A stretch of DNA of 64,000 bases from Amoebophrya sp. A120 (Eukaryota > Protista > Dinoflagellata), in assembly GCA_905178155.1 (NCBI GenBank), contig CAJINV010000002.1:62001-126000 (forward strand), given 5' to 3'. A program made the position numbers and the translations under genes. The notes beneath the pieces are model-generated. The model did not search any database. It was not told where the DNA came from and was given only the letters and a program-made list of their open reading frames with translations. How positions within the stretch are numbered: position 1 is the stretch's first letter; each line of letters starts with the position of its first letter. Of this stretch, positions 11,474-24,300 are shown in pieces.

Positions 11474-14400
11474 TTACCTGCGCTTTGACGAACGCCTGCT
11501 TCTTATCCTGGAGAAAAACGTCCCTTTTCCAGAGTCAAGATGGGGGCCCTGCAATACAAGCCTAGAAGTTCTTTTGGGAGAAGTTACGCATGACAAGCTG
11601 CAGTCCGTACAGGTTAGCAAGGACCGCCGGATTTTTACAAATCCAGCTTACAGCATTACAAGTTCATCAAAACACGACTGGAAATGCCTATCATGGGGGT
11701 GCGTATCACATATGTCACTGTAAAGTAATTTCAGATCTGCATGATACCTCTAGGGTGGGGACGTTTTCACATAGAATACTGCTCGACGAACACCTGCGCT
11801 TCCTCGACCTCCCGCGTTGTTGCCCGTCCCCGTCTTGTATCTGTATACATCCCAAACATGTCTGGCTCGAGAAGAGTGCACTTTGTCATGCTGCTTTCGG
11901 CTTGTTGTAAAAAAATCTGTATTGCATCTGCAGAAAGTGACTGCGGAGTCCAATTTTTCCTTCGCGACGTCGAGAGCATTTGTCATGCGGGTCAGAAGGC
12001 ATCAAAAAATCCGCAAAAAATAAAAAATCTGTAAATGCAGCTAGTTGTCGCATACGCATTGCAGACATCATTGGTCGTCTTCTTGCAAAATGTGGATAAA
12101 CAAACCTGGCAATCTTCCAGACGACCGAGACACCTTTGCAATGCATAATCTGCGCGGGGGGCTCGACGTCCGGATCTTCGTAACTTGAAGCCGGATTCAA
12201 GTTTATCGGGTCTTGCTGTGCCGCGACATCAGCACTAGTCGCGGTACCTGATTTTTCAGCGGTAGCGTGCTGGCCTGCAGTGCCTGTCCCCGGCGAAGAC
12301 GGCTGCCCCGTTTGGCTCGGCGGTTGTTCGCCAGCTGTCCCTTGCTGCAGAGCAATTCGCGGTGACGCCGCTTCAATGGTTGTGGTTTGCTGCTGCGCAG
12401 CAGTGCCAGCCTGCTGGATCAAGGTTTGCCGCTGAGGCTGAACCGCACTTGCATCATTTTGGTTGTGCTGCAGTGGCGGATTATTAACGTCGGGTAGCTG
12501 TAGCGGAGCAACTGGTTCTTGGACCGAGCCGGCACTATTGAATGACGGTCGCGGGGGGTGCTGCAGGTTGTCTCCAGCACCAGCTCCAACTGCAGCCGTA
12601 GCTGCTCCAGAAGTTGGAACTTCCAACTTCCGAAGTGTCCGCGACTGATCCATTTCGGTCCTATTTTCTCGGTGCTGACCATGCACCGTTGTGTGGCCGA
12701 AGTTCGGGTTGTTTTGCTGGTTATTGAAGCGCTGCTGACGTTCTTGCTGCTCGGGATTAATAGGGTCATTTACATTACTGAAATTTTCCTGCTGCGTGAG
12801 TAGCTGCTGTATCAACACACTCTGCAAATAGTACGCCTGCACAAAATCATGATGGGTTTGCTGGATCTTGTTGTCACCTTCTCCACCCTGGTTTAATACT
12901 TCTTGCTGCTGAGTGAGAGTGTTGACGGCATTGCCCATCTTCAAGTGGTTCTGAAGCAGGGACTGGAGCAGGCTCTGAGCATTAGCATTCATCACACCTC
13001 CCTGCTGCTGCTGCTGTCGAGCGTTGTTCATGTTTTGTACGCCACCAGCTTGTAGTTGCCCCTGGTTGTTCATCAAGCTATTCTGCTTGTTTTGCTGCTG
13101 CGACGCCAGCGGCTGCTGTCTCTGAGGTGGGTCAAACTGAGCATACGCCGAGCTTGTGGTGCCCGTCACATGCATGCGCGGCGCCGGTTTGGAAGTTGTG
13201 TTGGTGTTGGAACCAAGATTCAAACTTAATTGATTTTGCTGTGCCGCGACACGCACAGTAGTCGCGTTATTACCTCGTCCGGAACCAACGACGGCACCTC
13301 CCTGCTGATTTGCAGTTCGTACACCACCCACCGTCGAGTCCTGGCCTGCCGGGGTACTATTCTCCATCTGCTGCTGCATTGTCTGCAGCTGGAAGAGCTG
13401 GAGTGCCTGCTGCAGCGTCAAGCTACTCGTGGTTAACCCCGGAACTAAATCCTGTTGCGTGCCCGGCGCCGGTGTGGAAGTGTTGGTGTTGGAACCAAGA
13501 TTCAAACTCAACCGACTTTGCTGTGCAGCGACACGCCCAGTAGTCGCGTTAGTTGCACCTCCGGCACCAACGACAGTACCTCCCTGGTGCTGATTTGCAG
13601 TTCGTACAGTGCCCGCCGTCGAGGCCTGGCCTGCCGGGCTACTATTCTGCATCTGCTGCAGCTGGCCACCTACAATACCGGTCATCGTCGTGCTGCTCAT
13701 GGTTAACCGCGGAACTACACCTTTTTGGGTCGACGGCCCAACAGCAGTCTGCAGTTGCTGCTGATTCAAGTTTTGAGTCGTGGTTTGCTGCATCTGCTGT
13801 TGGTTGTTCATGCTCACGGTGAGATTTTGCTGCTGCTGCTGTATCCGAAGCTGCTGCTGTTGATCTTGAGATAAAGATAAATCCATCTTCTGCTGCTGCC
13901 CGACATTACTCAGACCACTCGCCATGTTGCTTTGCGCATTGAGCATTTGCTGTTGAGGCATTTGCTGTTGCTGCTGGAGCTGTATCGTGTTCTGCTGCAT
14001 CGTGGTCTGTTGGGGAAAAAAGCTGTTCATAGTCGTTGTTCCCTGCTGCTGCTGCTGCTGCTGCTGGAACTCATTTTGATGCTCAATGCTCGTCCCCATC
14101 AGGTTATTGTCGTCCATGTTTTCCTATGCATTGCAAATATGTCTGGGTCTGGAAAGTTGTCATGCTAATGTCCAAAGGATACACGAACTGCGTTGCGCAG
14201 CCGCGCATGACAAATAGCCATTTTAAATGACAGACAAGTGCTGTTGTAGCGCAACAAGCATGACAAACTTGTATTCTTCCAGGAGACCACCCAGAAATAT
14301 TTGCATTTGATATGACAAGCAGGATCGGGTCCGGCGCTCCCGGGTTCAGCTGCTGCAGGCCGGATGTGAAGGAACCAGCAGAGAAGTTTGCGTGCCGCGT

Positions 14401-16145
14401 CAGCTGCTGATTATATCCTTGCACACCTTCCTGGGGTTGGGCTGTGCCCGTGTTCTGCTGCTGGTCGTTCATGTTGCCCTGTTCTGTCAGCAGTTGCTCA
14501 ACACCATCAACAGCTGTCTGCAACTGCTCGGGTGAGGACGGGCTGCCAACAGCTGGGGGCGCCGGAGAGGGTGGCGGAGAACTGCCGGAATCTGCAAGAG
14601 GGTCACCAAGCCTGCGGTGGCTGCGGAGGAGGTCCAGGTGGTCTTGGACGCCCAGCTCCTCCGCCATGTTGGCCAGCGCCGCCTTGTCCTGCTCGACCAA
14701 CCACCAAATCCCCTCCCTCGTCACATCGATGCGTTCGCAGCTGCCTAGGTCGATTGCCTTGAGTTCGCGAGCGCCCTGCAACGCGCGAGCAGTGTTCCTG
14801 CGGGCAAAATCCCGATGCAGCCACCCCCCATTGTGGATATGCATTTACAAACCTCCTGCCCGGGTTCTTCAATTGCAGCAGAAAAAATTTCGTGTTTCAT
14901 CTGCATGTAGTTCCGTGTCCAGTTGGCATCAACCTGTACCGCATGATCAGAAGGGAATGCATACGAGTAGATCATGGGCATGACTGCATAGCCGCAGCAG
15001 CAACTGTGCCGCGCTGCCATGCGTGGAAGAAAGCCATCGCGGGGTAAGTATTCATGCAAAAACGTCACAGCTCTGTGCTGCTCCATGACCAGGCACATTT
15101 GTGGTGGATAGTGGATCTGGTCAAGCAACGTCTTGGCCTCCTATATGGAGGAGTTCTCAAACTTTACATTCTCAACCTGTTTGCATGAGTCAATTTATAT
15201 ATGCAACACTATAGGAGCAGCAAAATTGCAGCTGGCCGGGGATATCACTGCTGCTGCCTCTTGCATTACAGACTTGGGGTTTTCATGCTAATTACCCTTT
15301 CAGTAATTTGTCATGCAAGCCAGCTTCATCGTGTGGATGTGGAAGCCGATCACAATTTTGCATGAGAAGTCACGTAATAGTTGTTGAGAATGTAACGTTT
15401 GAAAATCCCATACTCTCGATGTAGTCCTCGCGTTCAGCTAAGGAGGACTCCCGGCTAACCAACTCCGATCCGCTTCTACTTAACTTCTCCATTCGCATCC
15501 GGCATATCGATCCGGCGCCCAAGATGTGCATTGCAAACGTGTCTGAATCTGGAAACAAATATACATCAAGTGTATGATGCGTAATATGTACTGGATTGTG
15601 ATTTTTTTTGAAACTTCTGTTCTATGTATATGCTTATGCATAGCTGCGAGGCTGCATGAGAGGTTTTTAAACGTGTACATGATATTGGTCTTGCGCCTTC
15701 CGCATGACAAACTTCGCTTTTGCATGACAGACGGCTTTTAGACGAGTGTACTTTCGGAAGCGCGCAATACAGATCTAAGAATCTTACTTCTGAATCATGC
15801 CAGATATGCATGATAAATCTTGAATTGTATTTCCAGACTCCGATATGTTTGCAGTGGGTACAGGATGTCAACCGATTCGACGTTCACCCAGCCGTCAGGT
15901 TTCTCCTCCATGAAGGTCCGAGAGAGATTATCGCACGCGAGAAAGAAATCGGTCGCGCATGATGTCGATCATAGTTGAGAATCATAACATGACACAGTTC
16001 TTGGGCTACATGCCCGGGCGATCCTTTTTCGCTGTGATAAGTCTCAATCTCCTTCAATTGCGCCGGAGAAAAGTGACACTCGACACCCCTGGCCTGCTCC
16101 TGCTGGACGAAGGCATATGAGAGCGCACAAGATCCTCCTCCCTCT
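11474..16145 (-). CDS. Multi-exon atypical protein kinase-like protein with ~700 aa Q-rich tail; probably extends upstream to ~16930
   Basis: Exons joined by removing elements 15929-16039, 15525-15860, 15144-15412, 14838-14963 (or -14990), 14125-14312, 11844-12147 and 11504-11778, each +5 nt. Reads MCLVMEQH...HNGGWLHRDFARRN...LKAIDLGSC, then the poly-Q ORF 11886-14117, ending RGRSRKRRCSSSSRRSSKRR-stop. Confidence 0.7.
11504..11778. mobile_element. TIR introner, family B
   Basis: TATCCTGGAGAAAAACGTCCC...GGGACGTTTTCACATAGAATA; DR CTTCT/CTGCT. Confidence 0.85.
11844..12147. mobile_element. TIR introner, family A (degenerate)
   Basis: Perfect DR ATCTG. Confidence 0.85.
13185..13715 (-). repeat. 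Intragenic ~290-bp duplication in the Q-rich exon
   Basis: PAGQASTAGTVRTANQHQGG...RVAAQQSRLSLNLGSNTNT versus PAGQDSTVGGVRTANQQGG...RVAAQQNQLSLNLGSNTNT. Confidence 0.88.
14125..14312. mobile_element. TIR introner, family A (short)
   Basis: Clear TIR, DR decayed (TTTCC/TGACA); +5 removal joins ORFs 14104-14844 and 11886-14117. Confidence 0.85.
14838..14990. mobile_element. TIR introner, degenerate (right end 14963 or 14990)
   Basis: TATGCATTTACAAA...TGCATA; either end +5 nt removes an in-frame TAA just before the HRD segment. Confidence 0.5.
15144..15412. mobile_element. TIR introner, family E
   Basis: TATGGAGGAGTTCTCAAACTTTACATTCTCAAC...GTTGAGAATGTAACGTTTGAAAATCCCATA. Confidence 0.8.
15525..15860. 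mobile_element. TIR introner, family A
   Basis: DR CAAGA/CAGGA; +5 removal in frame. Confidence 0.82.
15929..16039. mobile_element. TIR introner, short degenerate
   Basis: TATCGCACGCGAGAAAG...CTTTTTCGCTGTGATA; +5 removal bypasses a stop. Confidence 0.55.
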
Positions 16146-16624
16146 CATACATTGAATTTGTAATGCGCAATACACCGAACAACATGTCCAGGTGTGTTGT
16201 ATTCTCTAGTCTGCATCACAAATTTTTGGAGCCACAAACACTGCTGCACCTTGTGAGCGGATTTGTCATGCAGAACCCAGAGTTGTATGGTATTTCTGCT
16301 GTTTTCTGTGTTGTCCTTGCTCATGCCCTTTAGATGAGGTGGCGGGACGAGTGCTGTCGTGCACTCTCGTATTTGCGTCGCGGCTGCTTCGAATGCTGCG
16401 AGTAGATTCTCGTCGGCCGGCAATCCCTATCCTGAATGAAAGCCTCCCCACCCCACACATGTCATGCATCTGTGCATACCGGAATGAGCATCTTGCTCGG
16501 AGCTCTACATGAAAGGCGTTTTTTCCTACTTGTGTTTGGTTTTGGATTTGGATATCTTTCACACGTCTGTAAGAAATAAATCAGAACCAGGGCGGCGCGG
16601 ATTTGTCATGCGTCTGGACGAGCT

Positions 16625-16930
16625 GCGCTGCGTAGACACGCCCTTTCTGTGTGAGTACCAGGCGAAAGGCTGGGCACGTTTTGCATGATTGACACTCAAC
16701 ATCGCGATCAGGATGGGCTGGGAGGGTATTTCCTTCGGATATCTCGTTCAGCTGCGCGAAGTTCACGACATCGCGACCCCCGTCGACTGGTGTGGAAGGC
16801 TGCCACACCAGACCCCTTTCGTCGCAATAGCGGGCGGCCGCGTGGGCGACCAGGGGCGCCACGAGATACTTTTCCGCGGCCTCATCGGATACCACGACGA
16901 AGCTCCCGCCGCTTTCCCAGCCACCACGCG
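16625..16930 (-). CDS. Probable upstream exon of the 11474-16145 kinase-like gene
   Basis: SFVVVSDEAAEKYLVAP resembles VVFYDVESGRAEKYLFAAG in the paralogous kinase at 39110-47423. Confidence 0.4.
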
Positions 16931-18929
16931 AAACGAGAAATCGCATGCTCAAAAATATCTGGTGATGAAGCACAAAGAAGAAAAATTACAAACAAGTCGC
17001 TAAGAAAAATTACAAACTACAAGTCGCTGGGAAAAAGAACTGCCACACATGCTGACAAAACAAAATGGTTACAAACAAGTCGCTAGGAGAAGGAACTCTA
17101 ACGTACGGCACGTGGTAACAAAACAAAACATGCTTTGCTTTTGTTTTCTTGCGAGAAGAAACTAAATGTCCGATGCTGATTTGTGATGCGAAAAGTACAA
17201 TATTCTGCAGTTACCGATTGGATATTCGCCTGCGAGAGAATGTGGGTGTTGAAGCGGGAGGTTTAATTATTCAATCATGTCCCGCCAGCATTCAAAGTAG
17301 CGGATGTGTTGTTTTTCGAAAGCCGACGGCTAAAGTCTACCGGGATGAATGTCGGTTTTTCAATCTGACTGTAGGAAAATTAATAAGTACTTATTCGTGC
17401 ACAGCAGACTTCTTCACTTTTTGTGTTGCTAGGTCATCGTGAACATCAACAAACCTTTTCCTAGATGATCTCCAGCGCTCCTCCATCCTTTTTATCCATG
17501 CGTCTGTCCCGACCTTTCAGGCCACCTAAAAAGAGAGACGTAGTGAAGCAACCAGAAAAAACAACAAGATCCAGCATCTGTGATTACAACGCCATGTCCA
17601 CGTCAAGCGAGATCTTCACACGACTGATTTGCTCTACGGGTAGAACTACGGTCGTGTAGATAACGACAAATAGCGAAAAACCTCCGGCGGGATCGGGCTC
17701 CAGCTGGTAGTGATCAGCTATAGTAGCAGATACAACTCGTGCCAGCACACAAACAGCCGTCCCTAGATCATCGGTTCTACTGCGCAGTTGTCTTTTTCTA
17801 TACATTTGACGTGCCTCTAAAAATCCTTGGTCGATACGATTTTCTTGTCAGCATTGTACAATTGGTTCGCAGTTGTAGAGCAGGTTTTCTGCCCGTGCCC
17901 TGTGAAACCTTCCTTTTTTCGTCTAGAGATCATACCACGCCGTTTTTACAGCTTCGCTGCTAGTCAGAGGTGGTTTTTTCTCTTCAATAGCTCCTTCAAT
18001 CAAGAGCTACTTTAATACATTCATTTTGGTACAGTAAAATCAAAGCATAGATTGCTAGAAGATTAGATGATACTAGTTGTAGTTGAAAAACATCCTTCAC
18101 CATATTGTACACACTTTTGGTCTTTCCGCCCCCTTTGCATCCGCATGCGTAGATGCTACGCCATGCAGCCGAGGGAGACACTTTTTTTTCAGTTGTAGAA
18201 GTAAGTAGTAAGCTGTGTAGTACCAAGCAAGCAAGCTGTTTAGAAGTAGATTCGATTTGTTATTGCACGTTCAAGATTTTTTTTTCCGTCGGTGCTGGTT
18301 CTGTAAACAAGCTGAAACGCAGCCACCAGACGGCGCCAAGCGCCTCTCCACGAGGACTGCCTGACAATGAGAACAAGAGTTGTAGTAGGTGGAAGTAAAA
18401 GGTTTGTTCGATGTCGCACCATAATTGAATACTATAATTGATCTCAACAACACAGAAATCTCCTCGGCTCATCCGCCCGTCAGCTTAATAGAAGGACCGC
18501 CCTTCCTGCTGCCGAAACCACGTTATCATTCGGAAAACTACACGACCAATCCATTTTAGAGCAGTCCAATTATTCATTACCTCTGCAGAACAGCAAGATC
18601 CGGAAATCTGTCATGCCGGACGCGGGAAAATTATTCAGTGAGGTTCTCTCCACTTTGACTTTTATTCGCGCTGTGTAGTAGATTTAGATGCAAATTACTA
18701 TCTCTACTTCTTCCTCATGAGACTGGTGTCGGTCGTGTAGAAGTAGTTTCCCGTGGCATAGGGTCGGACTGGCCCCACAAGCTTTCCGTGTGGTCCACCT
18801 GGTTGGTGAAGAGCGCCGCTTGGGGCAACCGATTGTTGTGGTTCATCTGGGTCTCCTGCTGCAACCGGCTGCTGTTTGCCGGCACTGCCTGCTGGGACGA
18901 CGGATTGCCGCGGTTGAATAGGTTGCTGG

Positions 18930-19201
18930 TATCAAATGCAACTATGTAGTCTGGGTCTGGAAGAATGGAGGAGTTTGTCATGCAGATTTTGCATCACCCA
19001 TGAAGTCTGGCACGTGGGACCCAGCATGACAGATTCTATGAGATGACCTTTATCATGCCTATCGTGCATGAGAAACTGCCTCTGAACTTGTCCGAAAGTG
19101 GACATTTGTTGGTAATCATGCAACACAAATTTTTGGCACGATCCAGATTCAGCATGACAAGTTTCATTCTTTCAAGACCCAGACATTTTTGCAATCAAAT
19201 A
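18930..19201. mobile_element. TIR introner, family A
   Basis: Close full-length homologue of 1041-1307 and 47035-47302; DR not conserved. Confidence 0.85.
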
Positions 19202-21397
19202 AGCAAATGTGCTCGTCCCGCATATAGAGTTCGTTTTTCTTTTCTTTGCTTAGTATAGAGTTCTCAGACGTTACACGACTGTCAGCTGCTACATCATTTG
19301 TCATGCTTAACAGACTGCTTTAACAGCTGCGACATCATTTGTCATGCTGCATATTCGCTATCGCCCCCCGCACGATCAAGGTACTTCGCATGACAAGTCT
19401 CTCATGCGGCGCATGGAAACCCTTGTTGCGAAATCTGTAATGCAAGACGCGTTACAGATTTCGCATGATCCTCTTTTACTTTGTACTAGCTCCTGTTCTC
19501 TCTTTTACTTTTGCTGTTCTTGCATCACAAATTAGCGATGCAACAGCTGGCCATCCTGTAACGTTTGAGAGTTCCATATTGCACCCGAGGTCTGCGACAG
19601 ACCATCACCCGCTTCCTCGTTACCTGAATTTCGGTTTCTTCAAGTACTCCGTTTTCATTGTCGCTAAAAAGCTTATCATCTTCAAGAAGCATCACGAATT
19701 TTTTGATGCAGGAAGCATGACAATTTCAATTTCTTTAGTAGTGCCGTCCGGCTTGTCCTTTCATATGGGACGTGCTACCATCAACATTTCATCTATAATC
19801 TTATTGTACCAGAATCCGCATCGTAATATTTCATTTCGGGATCTTGATATCCTGAAGAAAATCACCCCCCGCACTTTTTTGGAGTGGTGCATCAAACAAA
19901 CGCAAGACCTGGCCATGATTATTTGCGCATTACAAATTCCTTTGCGCATTACAAAATCCTTTGCTCTGAAACACGGCAATGAGCACGAAAAAGAGACACA
20001 AGGTTCATTAAGGGTGATTTTATTGCTCCGGATACGAGTCCGTCCTTGTCCTTTTTCCCCTGCTTGCCTGGTGGTTGTCCACGGAAAAAAAACCTGTGTG
20101 CTAGTGGTACGGACGATTGTAGTACTACCTCACATCTACTTTTTCTGGGACTACAAGTAGTAGAAGTCCTCTATGCCAGGAACAGAATTATGAAGGTTGC
20201 GTTTTTTTCCCTCGATGTCACAACAGAGTTTTTTTCTGTTTGGTACACTACCGTCGCGACCCCCCGCACGGCCAGATGTGTTGTTCGTCGAGCCACCCCC
20301 GCCGGTTATAACATTCAAGACCGACCTATAGTGGGAAAATTAGCCTAGTAGAAGTGCCTTCTCGTCGTGAAGATTTGTGATGCTGTCTTGAAGTAAGTTT
20401 CGTATAAATAACCAGATTAAGTATTCTAGCTGCGACTCTGCAGCAGCTTCAAAAATTTTCGCATGAACAAAAACTCGGTTTACTCACCCGTGGAGCAGGA
20501 TGAATGCGTAGTCATGCTGGACAAGCTGCATGACAAACCTACGTTGAAGACGAGATGTATTTCTGAACAGGCTTTGTTCTTTTTCGTATTGCATGCTTGT
20601 GTCCGGGGGCGGCGACCACCAGCTGCACTGGATTGGAGACCCAATCCCAAGAATAAGTACGATAGAGCTCTTCTTGCTCCCATCTGACACTGCCAACATC
20701 GGCAATAAAGAACCGCTAATAATAAATCGGCCTCCCTGCTCTAGAATGAGTACTTATTCTTCATCTCTGACCTCATGGTGGACAGACTACATCTGTGTGG
20801 TGCATGCACATGAAAGATTCCACCCTCCGTGATTGGTCACGAGCCAGCATTTTGTTTTTCATATCGGTACTACCATTCGCAGAACCATACCCGTTCGCTG
20901 CTTCGTTGTTGAAATCGCCATGCGCACCTGCATTGTTTGGGACAGTTACTTCTCCGAATCCAGATGGATCAACTGAAGAAAAATTCATCCCTGCTTACTG
21001 GTACCTAGATCGATGCAGGGGAGACAACAATGCGCAAATTAAAGACTGAAATGTTGAAACTTGCTTCAAGAATATCTGCATGACAGCCTTGTTCTCCTTT
21101 GCACTAGAAAAGAGAATCTTCCTTACCAATCTGCCACCCCAAATCCCGGTTTTTCTGCGCGAGTTTGGGGATTATCAGCCTGAAAAATTCTAGCACAGGC
21201 TAATCTGTCATGCAAGTTTGGTTCTTGGTGAATTACGAAGAACGAAAAAAGCAGTCAAACCCCATGTCTCGTTGCTTGGGTCGTAGATGAGAGCATCGAA
21301 AACATCATTCATCACACAGCATTATGGATGATTTTGCTACAGACTTCTCAGTGCAGCACTAAAAATAACGGTAGGCTGCCACTTATGCTAGCATCTT

Positions 21398-24300
21398 TCA
21401 GATGAATAGCCAGCAGTTGCATTGTGGGAGTATGGAGGAATAACACGGAGGCGCGCTTCTGCTCTTTTCTTCGTCATCCTCTACTTCGAGCTTCACAGTA
21501 CTATCGGGACGAACCGCTGCAGATTAAAATAATCAAAAGTTCACTTTCACGACATTTATGCAGAAGAACAAATCTGCGCCATGACAAAAAGGCTCGGAGA
21601 TGAATCAAGCACGTGCTTCCTGGTCTTTCTTCGTGATATCTGTCTCCATCGCCAAACGCGGCCTTATATTTCCGCTCTTGCGCCGTTATTTGCGCGTCGT
21701 ACTGCCCTATGGATTGCAAATACATCTGGACGATCTGGTAGGTCGAGTTTGTCATGCGAGCTCTGGACGACAAGGAAGAAACCTGTATTGCATGAGCAAC
21801 AAAAGAGATTCGCCGACGCATCGCAAAGTGCGCCGGTGGAAACTTGTGACGCTGTAGCCCGCACTCCAAATCTTCGCTTCTGGGCCATACAAATGCTGAA
21901 CGACAAGCCGTAGCAAGACAAATCCAGAGCCAGAGTTTTTTTCTGTTGATATCTACGATTCTGCTTGCCACGTCTTTGGCCTCTAGTTCCAGGCGCGCTT
22001 CCTCTTTATCCTCAGTAAAAACGTCCGCTCCCACCAATTTGTCATGCTGATCTGCATCTACGGGATAGTGTAAGCGCTTGTGATGCGCATCCCCGGAAGA
22101 GGCATTTCTACTCGTCTCTCGGTGCAAATCTTGATCCTACAAAGAAGAGATCTAGCAGGAGCTTCTTCATGCGTCTGAGAGAAATAGCTTGGGATGCATT
22201 TACATTCTTCCCAAAACTTCTGCATTTGTGTTGCCAACTTCTAAACGTGAAAAAAGTCGGGGGAACAATAGCGTTTTTCCACAGGATAATCTTCGCCCTG
22301 TTTTCTCTTCTGTTGCTTGTACGACGCTATGTGCTCTTGCGCTTCGGCCATCTGCGGCCCGAGGGCTTTTTCGATCCTTCGCAGGTCGCGCTCGCGCTGC
22401 AGCTCGGCGGCAGGTATTCAGCAGACGAAACGCAGACCTTCACTGAAAAAAAGTATCGATTTGCGATGCGGGGGTTTTCGGTAACATCACAAAAAAGCTC
22501 ATCTGTTTCGCTGTTCATCAGCATGACAACTTTAGTAGTTATCGTGCCTCGTCAATCTCTACTCAATGACGCGAGCTACAAGTACAGGAGACTTTGGTCT
22601 CCACGATCGGAACTTGCATCGCGTATTGGAAGATAATGCATTCGTGTACGTCTATATTTCATACGAAGTTTCATACATTTTCATGGTGACAGCGACAGGA
22701 TCCGCAACACAAGTTTTTTTTTTCTGGCATGGATCTGCATTTTTCTTGGATAGCGCGGACAGCCCTCTGGTACACATTATGGAGTTTTCAAATGTTACGT
22801 TTGCAACTGTTAAGTACATGAATTGGTAATGCAAGAGTGGCAAAATTGAAAGGGCGGAGATTGAGCGTTTTGCATTACAGACTTGGGCTAGATTCGAATA
22901 CTATTTAGCGAGTCGCGACCCTGTCATACGAAGCAGCCTGATCAAGGTCATATAGCTACTCAGTGCAAATTTGCATGACAAATCCATGAAGCAGTTGAGA
23001 GTGTAACGTTTGAGAACCCCATACGCCTGGTCCGCCTCTTGTTGCTTCTGGTCCAGCTCGCGCTCCAGCCGCGACAGTCTCTCTTTTGCCTCCTGCTCTT
23101 TTTCACCTGCACGGATTTGTGCCTCTTTCGCGGTGGAAGCCTTCTCCTTGCAATCCCATCCTGTGCGAAAACGTCCCTGCCTGAAAATATCGTAATCGTG
23201 CTGCGCTCGAGAAGCCGCATCACAAATCTTGAACCGTATGGTAAATGTAGCGTGACACTAAATTCGAAAACAATATTAAGTTAGAAAATGGTGGTCCTCA
23301 TGTAGTGGTAGTTGGGGCTGCGCATGCAAGGTGCCTTCAGCGTGCAAATCTGCGTGAGCGACGACTTGTCTGGGTTGGGCACGTTTTATACACGGGATAT
23401 TTCCTTTGCGCGCACGATCGCACTTGTGCGGGAGTCTCGCAGCATCTTCAGCAGCGCTAGCGCTTGATGCTGCGGCGATTGGTATTGGATATCAGTCGCC
23501 GCGGCATCTGCCCGGGTGTAGTCCGCACCGAGGGTCTCCCATGCCGTCTGGTCAGGGGCGGATTTGTATCAAAAGGAAAAATCCCCCCTCCCCATATCAA
23601 AGCGGAAATCTGTGATGCAGATTTGTTGTCACAAATCAGCTTTGTCATGCTACACGGGAAAAGATGCGGACTGTAGTGCTGGGTGGCGTGGGGGAGCCTT
23701 GCATCTTCAGCATGATAGGAGGCAGCTGAGAGTGGGAAACAGCATGACAAATTTCCTGCAAACGAGACCACGACTGCGGCTCTTGGCCTTCTAGCATGAC
23801 AAGTCGATTTGTGACCTCAAATCCTGCATCACAGATTTCCATTTCGATATGGGGAGGGGGGATTTTTCCGTTTGATAATTTGTTTTCCTTCGAGTTGGAC
23901 GCGATGTTGTCAACACTGGATAAATTGCAAATAGTATCGTACAAGTACCAATTCTTGCATTGCAAATTTGCTCAGAAGGGGCATCAAACCATAAGTGTAT
24001 TTGTAATGCAGGTCGTTCTTCATGTAGTACAGATTTCTCATGCGGTTTTGGGATCAATAATCAGTGTATTTGTAATGCTGGTCGTTCTTCTTTTTGTACA
24101 GATTAATATTTACATTGCTTGACTTCTGGGTTCTGGTACGGCAAACCCCCGGCGACAGGTGACCTCGACAGGTGACCTTGACAGGTGACCTTGACAGGTG
24201 ACCTTGACAGGTGAACCGCGACAGGTGACCTAAGCCCTAAGGCTAGCGCGGCCTACGCCCCTGTCTTTTATGAAATAAACACGAAAACGAAATATTTGCG

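Noticed and set aside
11010-11478. GT-AG intron fusing the kinase/poly-Q gene with the downstream Q-rich gene
   Set aside because: Donor and acceptor phases do not match, and the upstream frame ends naturally at KRR-TAA.
14845-14847. In-frame TAA just upstream of the HRD segment, suggesting a pseudogene or recoding
   Set aside because: It lies inside a degenerate TAT..ATA element starting at 14838 whose removal restores frame.
15505-15525. ILGAGS as a kinase glycine-rich loop
   Set aside because: Comparison with the paralogue places the N-lobe start much further upstream (AEKYL region near 16865), so the assignment is unsupported.
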